From the NCBI GenBank assembly GCA_021801825.1, contig JAJYXK010000007.1, positions 24,509 to 88,508 on the forward strand: a stretch of DNA of 64,000 nucleotides. Direction: 5' to 3'. The position numbers and the translations under genes are program-made. Shown piece by piece: positions 39,618 to 49,250 of the stretch. Source of the DNA: a bacterium (GTDB lineage Bacteria; Patescibacteriota; Minisyncoccia; UBA6257; JAGOQP01). The notes beneath the pieces are model-generated. The model did not search any database and was not told where the DNA came from. It worked only from the letters and a program-made list of their open reading frames with translations. Numbering within the stretch: position 1 is the first letter of the stretch; the number at the start of each line of letters is the position of its first letter.

Positions 39618-39693
39618 AGAAACTGAAAACAAAAAACTCAAAATATAATTTTGAAAAAGGACACTGGTTTGTGTTACAGTAATAGTCTTGATT

Positions 39694-39766
39694 GGCCATG
39701 TGGTGAAGTAGCTAACACAGCGGTCTGCAAAACCGCGATTCGTGGGTGCAAATCCCACCATGGCCT
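39694..39766 (+). tRNA. tRNA-Cys (anticodon GCA), U73
   Basis: GGCCATG/CATGGCC acceptor, anticodon arm GCGGT-CTGCAAA-ACCGC. Confidence 0.8.
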
Positions 39767-39782
39767 CAAAACATGCAAAAGA

Positions 39783-39814
39783 ACATTCTCACATTCTCAA
39801 GAGTGTGAGAATGT
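39783..39814 (+). other. Perfect 11-bp hairpin between tRNA-Cys and tRNA-Leu (processing/structure element)
   Basis: acattctcaca-N10-tgtgagaatgt. Confidence 0.4.
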
Positions 39815-39876
39815 CTGAAGTAAAAAGATTTGGAAGTTGAAAATATAATTAAATAGTGCTTGAATACAAGGCGTAA

Positions 39877-39959
39877 GCTCGGATGGCGGAATGGTATACG
39901 CGCAACACTTAAAATGTTGTGATCGCAAGGTCATGTGGGTTCGAGTCCCACTCCGAGCA
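39877..39959 (+). tRNA. tRNA-Leu (anticodon UAA), type II with variable arm, A73
   Basis: GCTCGGA/TCCGAGC acceptor, anticodon arm CAACA-CTTAAAA-TGTTG, T-arm GTGGG-TTCGAGT-CCCAC. Confidence 0.8.
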
Positions 39960-39983
39960 CATAAAGTAAAATAAATATTATAT

Positions 39984-40193
39984 ATGAAAAAATTATATCG
40001 TTCACAAGATAATAAGGTCATTGCGGGAATACTGGGAGGAATAGGGGAGTATTTTGATGTTGATCCGGTGGTGATTCGCGTATTGTTTGTGTTTGCGGCG
40101 TTTGCAACGGGAGTGCTTCCGTTTGTAGTTGCATACATAGTTGCGTTGTTTATTGTTCCGAAGCGCCCACAGACACAAAGTGAATCAAAGTAG
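39984..40193 (+). CDS. PspC-domain small membrane protein
   Basis: KLYRSQDNKVIAGILGGIGEYFDVDPVVIRVLFVF PspC signature. Confidence 0.65.
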   Translation: MKKLYRSQDNKVIAGILGGIGEYFDVDPVVIRVLFVFAAFATGVLPFVVAYIVALFIVPKRPQTQSESK

Positions 40194-40417
40194 CTTGATT
40201 GTTACAACTTTTTTTGCTTAAATAATGGCGTGGAGCAATCCACGCCATTCAATTGTGTGGATGGAGACGGAAGTTATAATTTAATTGGTATTGTTTAGTT
40301 GCTAATGAGATCAGCAATGATCTTTTTAGCGTCTATAATCATTTCGTAGTAGAAATTAATAAAACATACTTTCAGTCCTCTTACCGCTCGCCCCTAAACA
40401 CTAACGACTTATTCATA

Positions 40418-40491
40418 GGGCCCTATCGTCTAGCCTGGTCAGGACACAGGATTTTCATTCCTGTAACCCGGGTTCAAATCCCGGTGGGGTC
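40418..40491 (+). tRNA. tRNA-Glu (anticodon UUC)
   Basis: Acceptor GGCCCTA/TGGGGTC (two G-U pairs), D-arm GTCTAGCCTGGTCAGGAC like E. coli tRNA-Glu, anticodon arm CAGGA-TTTTCAT-TCCTG, T-arm CCGGG-TTCAAAT-CCCGG. Confidence 0.75.
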
Positions 40492-40501
40492 ACACCTTTT
40501 T

Positions 40502-40531
40502 AAAATCACTCCTATAGGAGTGATTTTAAAA
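40502..40531 (+). terminator. Hairpin after tRNA-Glu (aaaatcactcc-tata-ggagtgatttt)
   Basis: Perfect 11-bp stem with A/T-rich flanks. Confidence 0.35.
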
Positions 40532-40593
40532 TAGCTATACCACCGGGATTTGATGAGTATTCAAAAAAATGCAACCTGCTTTGCGTTTTTCTG

Positions 40594-40706
40594 AAACCCG
40601 GGCTTTGAAGGAGGAGCGAAGCATGTGCATAAGCACGGCGAAGCGACGGGTGAAAAGAAATCCGCTTGCCTCGCTTCGCAAGTCGAAGCGGGGTGTGGTT
40701 ACCCCG
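40594..40706. repeat. GC-rich hairpin element A of CGAAGCGGG family (contains cctcgcttcg-caagt-cgaagcgggg hairpin and gcgaagcgacgggtgaa)
   Basis: GC-rich island in AT-rich intergenic DNA; shares sub-motifs with 48011..48090, 55200..55275 and 55650..55665. Confidence 0.6.
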
Positions 40707-40788
40707 TAAAAAACAAATCATCACACCTTCCAATTTTAATTTCACCCATTCTGCGATATACTTATAGGAAATATAACACAATATATTT

Positions 40789-41451
40789 ATGCAATTATTT
40801 ACTATAAAAGAAGCGCTCTCATATGGATGGGAAACGCTTAAGAAAAATTTTTGGTTTTTGGTGGGGGTGTTCGCATTCATTATTGTGGTAAGCGGAATAG
40901 TTTCATCTATTTCTGAATATGCCACCAAACATAATATGGATGCGATATCTGCGGTTGTGCAGTTACTTGGATTCTTAATACAACTAATGCTTGGTATTGG
41001 TTCCACACGCATTGCGCTTGATATATATAATGGAGCACCCACTTCTTTCAAAAAGTTATTTGTTTTTGATAAAACATTTTGGCCTTATTTAGGCGCAACA
41101 CTTTTATACATAATTATAGTGACGGTAGGTTTTGTCTTACTTGTCATCCCAGGATTTATATGGATGATAAAGTATCAACTCTATCCATGGTTAGTTATTG
41201 ATAAGGGCATGAGCAGTAAAGAGGCAATAAAAGCAAGTGGAGTTATTACAAAGGGGAGCAGGAACAGACTTCTTCTATTTTGGATAACCAGCATAGGGAT
41301 ATCTTTTGTAGGGATTCTAATAGTGGGAGTGGGACTTTTCCCTGCGGTTGCACTATTATTCATGGCAAATGCGTATATATATAAGAAGCTATCCACAAAA
41401 CTTGATCAGATGGTTCCGTTAGTGGCTTCGGCAGAGGGAACGGCGCAATAA
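40789..41451 (+). CDS. Hypothetical membrane protein (multi-TM)
   Basis: ORF track; 5-6 hydrophobic helices. Confidence 0.5.
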   Translation: MQLFTIKEALSYGWETLKKNFWFLVGVFAFIIVVSGIVSSISEYATKHNMDAISAVVQLLGFLIQLMLGIGSTRIALDIYNGAPTSFKKLFVFDKTFWPYLGATLLYIIIVTVGFVLLVIPGFIWMIKYQLYPWLVIDKGMSSKEAIKASGVITKGSRNRLLLFWITSIGISFVGILIVGVGLFPAVALLFMANAYIYKKLSTKLDQMVPLVASAEGTAQ

Positions 41452-41553
41452 ATACCATAAAAACAAATGCTCTCCACACAAGAGCATTTGCGTATCTAAA
41501 AATTTTTATGTGTGCTATTATGTAAACTCATAAATATAAGTAATCTATTTTTT

Positions 41554-42354
41554 ATGGATCAAAAACAACACGATATCATAAAAGCGGAGCATTCATTTGA
41601 GAAAGTTCAGAGCAAAAATACGCTTATTATTAGCGCGTCAATTATTTTAGGGGCAGTTATTGTAGGGGTGTGTGTACTCTATGCAGGAAGCATATTTAAA
41701 TCCATTGGAGACACCGGAAGTCAAGTTGTAAACAATCCGACCAATAATGCCGCACCGCAGGCGGGAGGTACCGCGACCCCAGAAGAAACGAAACAGATCC
41801 TTTCTGTAAAATCAGACGATTATGTATGGGGAAATCCACAAGCACCGGTAAAATTAGTTTTATTTACTGATCTTGAATGTCCATTCTGTAAGAGATTTGA
41901 CGAAACACTGAACTCCGTTATGAAAACATATGGAAAAGATGGAAAACTTGCAGTGGTGTATAGACATTTCCCGCTTACTAACATTCACAAAAAAGCCCTT
42001 CCTGAGGCTCAAGCGTTAGAGTGCGCGGGTAAATTGGGTGGCAACGAAGCTTTTTGGAAATTTGTATCTCGCGTTTTCTCGGTGACTCCATCAAACGATG
42101 GACTTGATCCAAAAGAATTGCCAAATATCGCTTCATTTATTGGTTTGGATGTAAAAGCATTTACCGCATGTCAGAACAATAATAATTTTTCCGATAAAAT
42201 TCAGAGAGAACAACAAGAAGGAGTTAAAATTGGTGTTCAGGGAACTCCGCACAGCGTGGTGGTGGCTCAAAATGGGAAAACCTTTGTTATCAACGGGGCT
42301 CAAGATGAAACAAGCGTAAAATCTATTATTGATACCGCGTTGCAGGAAAAATAA
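41554..42354 (+). CDS. DsbA-family thiol:disulfide oxidoreductase with N-terminal TM anchor
   Basis: CPFC active-site motif in thioredoxin fold; ORF trimmed to Met at 41554. Confidence 0.65.
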   Translation: MDQKQHDIIKAEHSFEKVQSKNTLIISASIILGAVIVGVCVLYAGSIFKSIGDTGSQVVNNPTNNAAPQAGGTATPEETKQILSVKSDDYVWGNPQAPVKLVLFTDLECPFCKRFDETLNSVMKTYGKDGKLAVVYRHFPLTNIHKKALPEAQALECAGKLGGNEAFWKFVSRVFSVTPSNDGLDPKELPNIASFIGLDVKAFTACQNNNNFSDKIQREQQEGVKIGVQGTPHSVVVAQNGKTFVINGAQDETSVKSIIDTALQEK

Positions 42355-42378
42355 TTTACAAAAGATATTAGTGTAATT

Positions 42379-42903
42379 ATGAATAACACCGTATCCGTGC
42401 TTAAGCGACCGGCATATCTTCTCTGTACTATTGGGGGTATGCTAGTAGGATATAGTGTTATTTCTTTTTCTATCCACGCTTCTCTAATTATTTCTCTCCT
42501 CGCCTCAGCTCATTCTTTTAAGGTTATTCCAGTGGTTCTTCATATTCTTATGTGGGGAACTTATGCGGTAGGTGGGTGGATTACGGTTACTACGAGTGTG
42601 ATTACATCTTTTTTATGGGGAGTGGTTATTGCTCTGGGTATATATTATATGCGTCACGCAAAAACCATTCACGTTATTATGTCGTCAGGAATTAGGGGTG
42701 TTATTGCTTTAGTGGGAGGAGTGTTGAGCGCGGGGTGTTGGGCGTGTGGAGGGGTATTATTAGCCCCTCTTGTTGGCATGATTGCTGGTGGCGTTTCGGT
42801 GACATTACTATATATTGGGGGAACCGTTATGACCTCCATCAGTTTTGGGCTCTTGGCATATTCTATTTATAAATTAGATAGAGCAATTGGACGATTGGGC
42901 TAA
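42379..42903 (+). CDS. Polytopic membrane protein with membrane-embedded CWAC (CxxC) motif; candidate DsbA redox partner (DsbB/VKOR analog)
   Basis: 4-5 TM helices; GCWACGG; directly downstream of dsbA-like gene. Confidence 0.4.
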   Translation: MNNTVSVLKRPAYLLCTIGGMLVGYSVISFSIHASLIISLLASAHSFKVIPVVLHILMWGTYAVGGWITVTTSVITSFLWGVVIALGIYYMRHAKTIHVIMSSGIRGVIALVGGVLSAGCWACGGVLLAPLVGMIAGGVSVTLLYIGGTVMTSISFGLLAYSIYKLDRAIGRLG

Positions 42904-42941
42904 AAATAGGAAAGGGTTGACCCACGGGGCAATTTTGCCAT

Positions 42942-44474
42942 ATGATAGTGGGTACCATTGTTATGATTGATAAAAGTACTGGATATTATCGTTGGATGGA
43001 AATAGTCCCCGCGTTGTTAGTGTGGGGAACTTTTGTGTTAATGATTTTATTGTCATTTCTAGTTCCTGCAGCGGTTGCTATCTTTATTATTCTATTTGAT
43101 GTGTATTGGTTCCTAAAAACGGTATATTTTGCGGTGTATTTACGTAGTAGCTATAAGAAACTACGCGCAAACTTAGCGGTTAATTGGTTAGAAAAACTAA
43201 AAACAGACGAACGCACAAGCTCTCGCTGGAATGATGTACATCACGTAATTCTTCTTCCTATGTATAAAGAGGAATATTCTGTGGTTAGAGAAACATTTGT
43301 CAGATTGTCTCAGTCAAATTATCCAAAAGAGAAATTTTTTGTTGGACTTGGATTTGAAGAACGCGCGGGAATAGAAGTACAAGAGATAGGAAAGAAGATA
43401 CAAGAAGAATTTGGTAATACTTTTGGAGCTCTCGTTATTACCGTGCACCCATCAAATCTTCCTGGAGAAAAACCAGGAAAGAGCTCTCATGAGTCATGGA
43501 TGGCACAAGAGATGAAAAAACAAGTATTGGATCCTCGTCAGATTGTATACACCAACATTATCGCCTCTGTATTTGATGTTGATACGCAAATATTTCCTAA
43601 TTATTTTGGTATTCTTACACATACATTTCTTACCACCGAAAAACCGCTTCGCTCTAGCTATCAACCAGTACCATTTTTCTCCAACAATGTTTTTGAGGTT
43701 CCCGCGCTTTCACGTATTATTGGGTTTTCGGGAACGTTCTGGCATCTTATGCAACAATCAACTCCAGAGAAGTTGGTTACTTTTTCTTCTCACTCTATGC
43801 CATATCAGGCACTTATAGATATTGGATTTTGGCACAAAGATATTGTTTCCGAAGATTCTCGCATATTTTTTCAATGCTTAACACATTATGATGGAGATTG
43901 GCGTACCGTTCCGTTGTTTTACCCCGTCTCCATGGATGCGATCATCGCAAAATCATTCTGGGGAACCATGCTTAATTTATATAAACAACAACGTCGCTGG
44001 GCATGGGGATCTGAAAATATTGCGTATCTTTTCTCTGCTTTTAAAGAAAATAAAAAAATATCACTTCGTCAGAAATTATTCTGGAAGTTTAATATTTTAG
44101 AAGGGTTTCATTCTTGGGCAACAAATTCAATTATGATTTTTGCTTTAGGGTGGCTTCCTATTATTATGGGAGGGCAAGGATTTCGCATTACCTTATTAGC
44201 ATACAATCTTCCAAATATTACACAGTGGATTTTAACAGGGGCGTCATTTGGTATTGTAACCACGGCGGCATTGAGTCTCTTTTTGTTACCTCCGCGTCCC
44301 GAAGGATTCCGCTGGTATCATTATTTTTATTATTTCATTTCATGGTTATTGATGCCTATAACGTTAACGGTATTTGGCGCATTCCCCGCGATTGATGCGC
44401 AAACTCGTTTGGCAATATCGGGGAAATTCAGATTGGATTTTTGGGTAACACCGAAGCATCGCAAGGGAGCATAA
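42942..44474 (+). CDS. Processive family-2 glycosyltransferase (cellulose/chitin-synthase-like) membrane protein
   Basis: QQRRW (QxxRW) motif, D,D,D region, N- and C-terminal TM bundles. Confidence 0.65.
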   Translation: MIVGTIVMIDKSTGYYRWMEIVPALLVWGTFVLMILLSFLVPAAVAIFIILFDVYWFLKTVYFAVYLRSSYKKLRANLAVNWLEKLKTDERTSSRWNDVHHVILLPMYKEEYSVVRETFVRLSQSNYPKEKFFVGLGFEERAGIEVQEIGKKIQEEFGNTFGALVITVHPSNLPGEKPGKSSHESWMAQEMKKQVLDPRQIVYTNIIASVFDVDTQIFPNYFGILTHTFLTTEKPLRSSYQPVPFFSNNVFEVPALSRIIGFSGTFWHLMQQSTPEKLVTFSSHSMPYQALIDIGFWHKDIVSEDSRIFFQCLTHYDGDWRTVPLFYPVSMDAIIAKSFWGTMLNLYKQQRRWAWGSENIAYLFSAFKENKKISLRQKLFWKFNILEGFHSWATNSIMIFALGWLPIIMGGQGFRITLLAYNLPNITQWILTGASFGIVTTAALSLFLLPPRPEGFRWYHYFYYFISWLLMPITLTVFGAFPAIDAQTRLAISGKFRLDFWVTPKHRKGA

Positions 44475-44503
44475 TGATCAATTTTTAACTTCTAATTTTG
44501 GAT

Positions 44504-44558
44504 AACACTCCCATCCTAACATATTGGGATGAGAGTGTTTTATTATATTGCTTTTTTG
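44504..44558 (+). terminator. Long hairpin terminator (aacactcccatcc-N9-gggatgagagtgtt + T-rich tail)
   Basis: 13-bp stem with one mismatch, followed by ttattatattgcttttttg. Confidence 0.5.
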
Positions 44559-44654
44559 TGAAAATGTGGTAGCGTATAAAAATGCGGACGGTACACAAAA
44601 TATATATAACCCCCGCATAAATGAACATTTATAACTAGTTAAGGAGGACTTGCC

Positions 44655-45497
44655 ATGGGCAACCCTACAACAGCAAGACAGCTCGATAAACTTTTTGATT
44701 CGGCGCGTCCACTGTTTGATAACAGTGAAGCCATGCAAAAATTTTTAGGATCTGGTCTTTTCTCTGATCTGGTAAAAAGTTTCGAAAATGGAAATGGAGA
44801 AAATATCTCGAGAAACGAGTTCAGGAAGGTATCAAAACTTCCGTTCTATCAAACCGTGGAAGTTGCAAAAGAGATTTTAGGAGAGCGCCGTGTTCTGTAT
44901 AAAAGGCCATTCTCTCCAGAAAATCCAAAGGGTTTCAATTTTGACCTTATCCCATATTTTAAAGAGACACTCTTATGGGCAAAGGATCAGAATGAAAAAG
45001 AAGATAGAAATATCTGCTTGGTTGAAATCCCCGGCTCAACCGGAAGCACCTTCTCAGAAATACAAGCTGATCTCATCAGGGACAACAAAGATTTTGATTT
45101 TCTGAATAACGATAAAACCAAAAAAGAATGTTCTAATCCCGAGCTCTTTAGTATTTTTAGAGAAGCACATAGGGTTTGGGAAGGATATTATCTTGTTGAT
45201 TTCGGAGAGAAAAAACTTGTACTTTTTTCTGAAGAGAGAAAAAGAAGAGATTATTTATCGGTTCCTTCGGCGTGTTTATTCCTTTATTTCCTTGGAAAAT
45301 TCTTCAAAATTACAGGAAGATATTGGATGTCTCGTTCCGGCGATAGCCTTTCTAAAAGATCTCTTATTTGCATTAGGATGGTAGACTCTACATTGAAACT
45401 GGAGATTTCAGTAGAGGAAAATCATAGTAACGCCGTTTTTATTGGAGACTCCATAGATGGAGAAGATATTCACCTCATCAAACGCGATGAGTACTAA
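44655..45497 (+). CDS. Hypothetical cytoplasmic protein (280 aa), no recognised domain
   Basis: Strong RBS ttaaggagg-N7-ATG; terminator downstream. Confidence 0.5.
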   Translation: MGNPTTARQLDKLFDSARPLFDNSEAMQKFLGSGLFSDLVKSFENGNGENISRNEFRKVSKLPFYQTVEVAKEILGERRVLYKRPFSPENPKGFNFDLIPYFKETLLWAKDQNEKEDRNICLVEIPGSTGSTFSEIQADLIRDNKDFDFLNNDKTKKECSNPELFSIFREAHRVWEGYYLVDFGEKKLVLFSEERKRRDYLSVPSACLFLYFLGKFFKITGRYWMSRSGDSLSKRSLICIRMVDSTLKLEISVEENHSNAVFIGDSIDGEDIHLIKRDEY

Positions 45498-45510
45498 GTG
45501 GATTATTGTG

Positions 45511-45537
45511 CTGCGGCCTATGGCCGCAGTTTTTATA
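45511..45537 (+). terminator. Rho-independent terminator (ctgcggcc-tat-ggccgcag + ttttta)
   Basis: Perfect 8-bp GC stem. Confidence 0.6.
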
Positions 45538-45576
45538 TTCTCAAGAGAGGAAATATGATACAATAGAAAAAATTTT

Positions 45577-47994
45577 ATGAAACCATTTATTAAATTAATT
45601 CGTGAACTAACGATACATGATATTCCGGAGGTCGGTGGTAAAAACGCATCATTGGGAGAAATGTTTAAGCATTTGGAACCAAAGGGTGTTCGTATTCCTG
45701 ATGGATTTGTAGTTACAGCAACTGCCTATAAACATTTTATTGCTGAAGGAAAAGTAAAAGACACTACTTTAAAAGATTTTATAGAGCAAACGTTGAAAGG
45801 ATTGAATACAAAGGACCTGAAACAGCTTCAGCACGTAGGGAAATTGATTCGTGAGGCGATAACTTCAGCTCATATGCCCGAGGATTTAGAAAAAGACATT
45901 CGTTTTGCATATAAACAAATGGAGCGGCAATATAAGAAAAATGTAGATGTCGCGGTGCGTTCTTCGGCAACCGCAGAAGATTTGCCAGGAGCTTCGTTTG
46001 CGGGACAGCAAGAGACATTTCTCAATATTTGTGGGGCTGATATGTTAATGCGCGCGGTCCAAAAATGTATTGCCTCATTATTTACTGATAGAGCGATTTC
46101 TTACCGACACGATAAGGGATTTGACCATACAGACATTGCGCTTTCGGTGGGAGTACAAAAAATGGTCCGTTCTGATTTGGGGGCGTCGGGAATTATGTTT
46201 ACCGTAGATACTGAATCAGGTTTTAAAGATGTGGTGAATATAAACGCAACCTGGGGATTGGGAGAAATGATTGTGCAAGGAGAAGTTATCCCTGATGAGT
46301 ACTTGGTTTTTAAACCGTTTGTTGGAAATAAAAAACTAGTGCCGATTTTGAGCAAGAAGTTGGGAAAGAAAGAGGAAAAAATGGTTTATGCAACAGGTGA
46401 GAAGCCAACAAAAATTGTTTCGGTTGATGAAAAAGACAGAAACACATTTGTGTTGAGTGATAAGGAAATTCTTACCTTGGCGCAATGGGGAGTTTATATT
46501 GAAGAGCACTATACTGCAGTGCATAAGAAATGGACTCCTATGGATATGGAATGGGCAAAAGATGGAGAAACGGGGAAATTATATATGGTACAAGCGCGCC
46601 CCGAGACGGTGCAGGCGCAGAAAGATTTCACTCGCTATGTTGAATATAAACGGGTGGAAGATGGCGCTTCTATGGTGACGGGGGCATCAGTGGGAAGTTC
46701 CATTGTTTCAGGAATGGCTCGAGTAATTTTAGATGTGAAAGACATCTACGAATTTCGAAAGGGAGAAATTTTGGTAACCGATATGACTGATCCCGATTGG
46801 GAGCCGATTATGAAAATTGCTTCGGGAATTGTGACGGATAAAGGAGGGCGCACTTCACACGCGGCAATTATTTCTCGTGAACTTGGAATTCCCTGTGTAG
46901 TAGGCAGTGTGGAGGCAACGAAGAAAATAAAAACGGGAGATGTAATTACCATTGATACTACAGGGAGCGAGGGAGTTATTCTGAAAGGAAATTTGAAATA
47001 TACACGCAAGGAACACAATATTGGAAAACTGAAACAACCAAAGGTAAAAATCATGATGAATATTGCTACGCCCGATACCGCATTTGAAAAATCATTTATC
47101 CCAAATAGCGGAGTGGGGCTTGCGCGGGAAGAATTTATTATTGCCTCTGCTATTGGCATTCACCCGAACCTTTTGGTTGATTTTGATAAACTAAAAAAAC
47201 AGGGTCATGATGAAAAAACGATACAGTTACTCAAAGAGGTAGAGAAGCGAACGCCTGGATATACTGACAAAGCGCAATACTATGTAGATATGCTTGCATA
47301 TGGAATTGCAAAAATAGGCGCGGCGTTTTATCCCAAGCCAGTTATTGTACGCTTCTCTGATTTTAAAACAAATGAATACAGACAATTAGTTGGTGGAGAT
47401 TTATATGAGCCACATGAAGAGAATCCTATGATTGGATGGCGCGGCGCTTCCCGATATTATCACCCCTTATTTACAGACGCGTTTTGGTTGGAATTAATGG
47501 CATTAAAAAAAGTTCGTCAAGAAATGGGACTTACGAATGTACAGGCGATGGTTCCGTTTTGCCGTACACCCGAAGAAGGGAAAAAAGTAAAGTCGCTTAT
47601 CAAAAAAGCGGGATTGTTAAAAGATGGTATGAAAGTTCATGTAATGTGTGAAATCCCCGCAAACATTATTCGCGCGAAAGAATTTTTAGAGATCTTTGAT
47701 GGGATGAGTATCGGATCCAATGATTTGACACAGCTGTTGTTAGGAATTGATCGTGATGGTAATGAACGGATTAGAAGTATTAGTAATGAAACTGATGACG
47801 CGGTAACTCAGACAATTTCTGAAATTATAAAAATATGTCGCAAAGACGGAAAATATATTGGTATTTGCGGACAAGCCCCTTCAGACATTCCGGAGTTTGC
47901 GCGATTTATTGCAAAAGCGGGAATTGAAAGTATTTCATTAAGCCCCGACTCAGTTATAAAAACATTAGTTGATTTTGATAGAATGGGGTTGTAG
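45577..47994 (+). CDS. ppsA: Phosphoenolpyruvate synthase (pyruvate, water dikinase)
   Basis: N-terminal PEP/pyruvate-binding ATP-grasp region, phosphohistidine mobile domain GGRTSHAAIISRELGIPCVVG, C-terminal PEP-utilizing TIM barrel; 805 aa. Confidence 0.8.
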   Translation: MKPFIKLIRELTIHDIPEVGGKNASLGEMFKHLEPKGVRIPDGFVVTATAYKHFIAEGKVKDTTLKDFIEQTLKGLNTKDLKQLQHVGKLIREAITSAHMPEDLEKDIRFAYKQMERQYKKNVDVAVRSSATAEDLPGASFAGQQETFLNICGADMLMRAVQKCIASLFTDRAISYRHDKGFDHTDIALSVGVQKMVRSDLGASGIMFTVDTESGFKDVVNINATWGLGEMIVQGEVIPDEYLVFKPFVGNKKLVPILSKKLGKKEEKMVYATGEKPTKIVSVDEKDRNTFVLSDKEILTLAQWGVYIEEHYTAVHKKWTPMDMEWAKDGETGKLYMVQARPETVQAQKDFTRYVEYKRVEDGASMVTGASVGSSIVSGMARVILDVKDIYEFRKGEILVTDMTDPDWEPIMKIASGIVTDKGGRTSHAAIISRELGIPCVVGSVEATKKIKTGDVITIDTTGSEGVILKGNLKYTRKEHNIGKLKQPKVKIMMNIATPDTAFEKSFIPNSGVGLAREEFIIASAIGIHPNLLVDFDKLKKQGHDEKTIQLLKEVEKRTPGYTDKAQYYVDMLAYGIAKIGAAFYPKPVIVRFSDFKTNEYRQLVGGDLYEPHEENPMIGWRGASRYYHPLFTDAFWLELMALKKVRQEMGLTNVQAMVPFCRTPEEGKKVKSLIKKAGLLKDGMKVHVMCEIPANIIRAKEFLEIFDGMSIGSNDLTQLLLGIDRDGNERIRSISNETDDAVTQTISEIIKICRKDGKYIGICGQAPSDIPEFARFIAKAGIESISLSPDSVIKTLVDFDRMGL

Positions 47995-48010
47995 AAGAAG
48001 TAACTAGTTA

Positions 48011-48090
48011 TGAGGGGGTAGGACTTAGCTCACCTCGCTGAGTCGAAGCGGGCTCGCCTCGCTAAAGCTATAGCGAAGCGGGTGAATGGT
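48011..48090. repeat. GC-rich hairpin element B of CGAAGCGGG family (cctcgctgagtcgaagcgggc ... agcgaagcgggtgaa)
   Basis: Same two sub-motifs as element A in reversed order. Confidence 0.6.
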
Positions 48091-48127
48091 GGTTAGACAG
48101 TAATAATTAGATTTTCTGAAAATAATG

Positions 48128-48153
48128 AAACCCCGGAGGAATCCGGGGCTTTT
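48128..48153. terminator. Terminator hairpin (ccccgga-ggaa-tccgggg + cttttaaac), probably bidirectional
   Basis: 7-bp GC stem, GNRA-like loop. Confidence 0.5.
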
Positions 48154-48186
48154 AAACAGATGAGCAATGATAATAAAGCGGAAAAA

Positions 48187-48603
48187 TTATGGAATAACTT
48201 TTATTTTTCTAGTCATTAACACCCCTAACAAGGATATTATCATCCCCGCAATCAAGCTTGGGTATGTAACGTTATCGCTCCAGTCAGTAGGAATTTTGAA
48301 GAAGATATTGGCTACCACAATACTTGAGGCTATTATAGCTGTCATTCCCATCCCAACCGACAAAATAAAAGATATTGATAGAATCGACGAGTTTTTTTCT
48401 AGAAGCATGTCAGTGATAAATGCTAGGTATAAAAGAATGTTTAGGATTGAGAAGATAGCTAATGAGATAATGTAAGGCTCATCCTTACTTTTGTTTATGG
48501 AAAAATAAACGATGCTGAATATAGAAGGAAATAACAGAAAGAATACGAAAATTCCCATCAGTTTGATTTTCTCCAAGAACGATTTTTTTACTTCCAATTT
48601 CAT
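48187..48603 (-). CDS. Hypothetical membrane protein (4 TM)
   Basis: ORF track; RBS-like ggggga upstream; preferred over overlapping plus-strand ORF 48167..48475. Confidence 0.45.
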   Translation of the reverse strand: MKLEVKKSFLEKIKLMGIFVFFLLFPSIFSIVYFSINKSKDEPYIISLAIFSILNILLYLAFITDMLLEKNSSILSISFILSVGMGMTAIIASSIVVANIFFKIPTDWSDNVTYPSLIAGMIISLLGVLMTRKIKVIP

Positions 48604-48741
48604 GTTTCCCCCATCATCTTTTTTGTTTTTAAGTTAATGTGCTATTTACCTATTTTGAGACCACAAAATTTATGAGCTCAAAAAGGGTGTTCATCCTCAT
48701 CTTTTGTTTTAGAAAAGTGAAGATGAACGGAAATGGGGGAG

Positions 48742-49071
48742 TTAGAAGTTGAATGGCAGCCCTATTAGATTAGGGTGCCTTTTTTCTATAAAAATTTGTA
48801 TGTCTGTGTGGTCTTCTTTGCGGACCGGAGAAATTTTCACCGCTTTCACATTATTTTCTGTGAGGTATTCCTTTGAAGCCTTGAATCCAGGAACGACTAC
48901 AAAAGAATCTCTCCCTTCCTTGACCCCAATTAGAAAATACAATAGGCGTCCTTTATAAGGAACCGCTTTCCGCACGAGAATCGGAATATCGTCGTGAAAA
49001 CTTAATTTCATTAATAATCTTGGGCGCTCAACGAGCAAGAACTCCCTTAATAATTCTTTTCTTTTGGACAT
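48742..49071 (-). CDS. Hypothetical protein (109 aa)
   Basis: ORF track; RBS-like tggggga upstream. Confidence 0.4.
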   Translation of the reverse strand: MSKRKELLREFLLVERPRLLMKLSFHDDIPILVRKAVPYKGRLLYFLIGVKEGRDSFVVVPGFKASKEYLTENNVKAVKISPVRKEDHTDIQIFIEKRHPNLIGLPFNF

Positions 49072-49190
49072 ATGTCCCCCATTTATTATTTAGAAAAACT
49101 TTAATGTGCTAATTAACTGTGGGGTGATTGTATAATTAAAACATATAAATGTCAACTATGCCCAGATAGTAGAAATTCGCATACTTTGTA

Positions 49191-49209
49191 CTAAAAAGGC
49201 GCATAGCGC
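49191..49209 (-). terminator. Weak terminator downstream of gpmI (minus: ggcgc-tat-gcgcc + T5)
   Basis: 5-bp stem only. Confidence 0.3.
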
Positions 49210-49250
49210 CCAGCGAATTTAAAACTTGGTTAGAAATTGAAGGTGGTTAT

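Noticed and set aside
40512-41051. ORFs 40512..41051(-) and 40625..40807(+)
   Set aside because: They overlap tRNA-Glu's terminator region, the GC-rich repeat element and the well-supported 40789..41451 gene. The translations are low-complexity and look like an artefact of the GC-rich repeat.
48167-48475. Plus-strand ORF 48167..48475
   Set aside because: It overlaps almost completely with the minus-strand 4-TM ORF 48187..48603, which has a better start context. Only one of the two is likely real.
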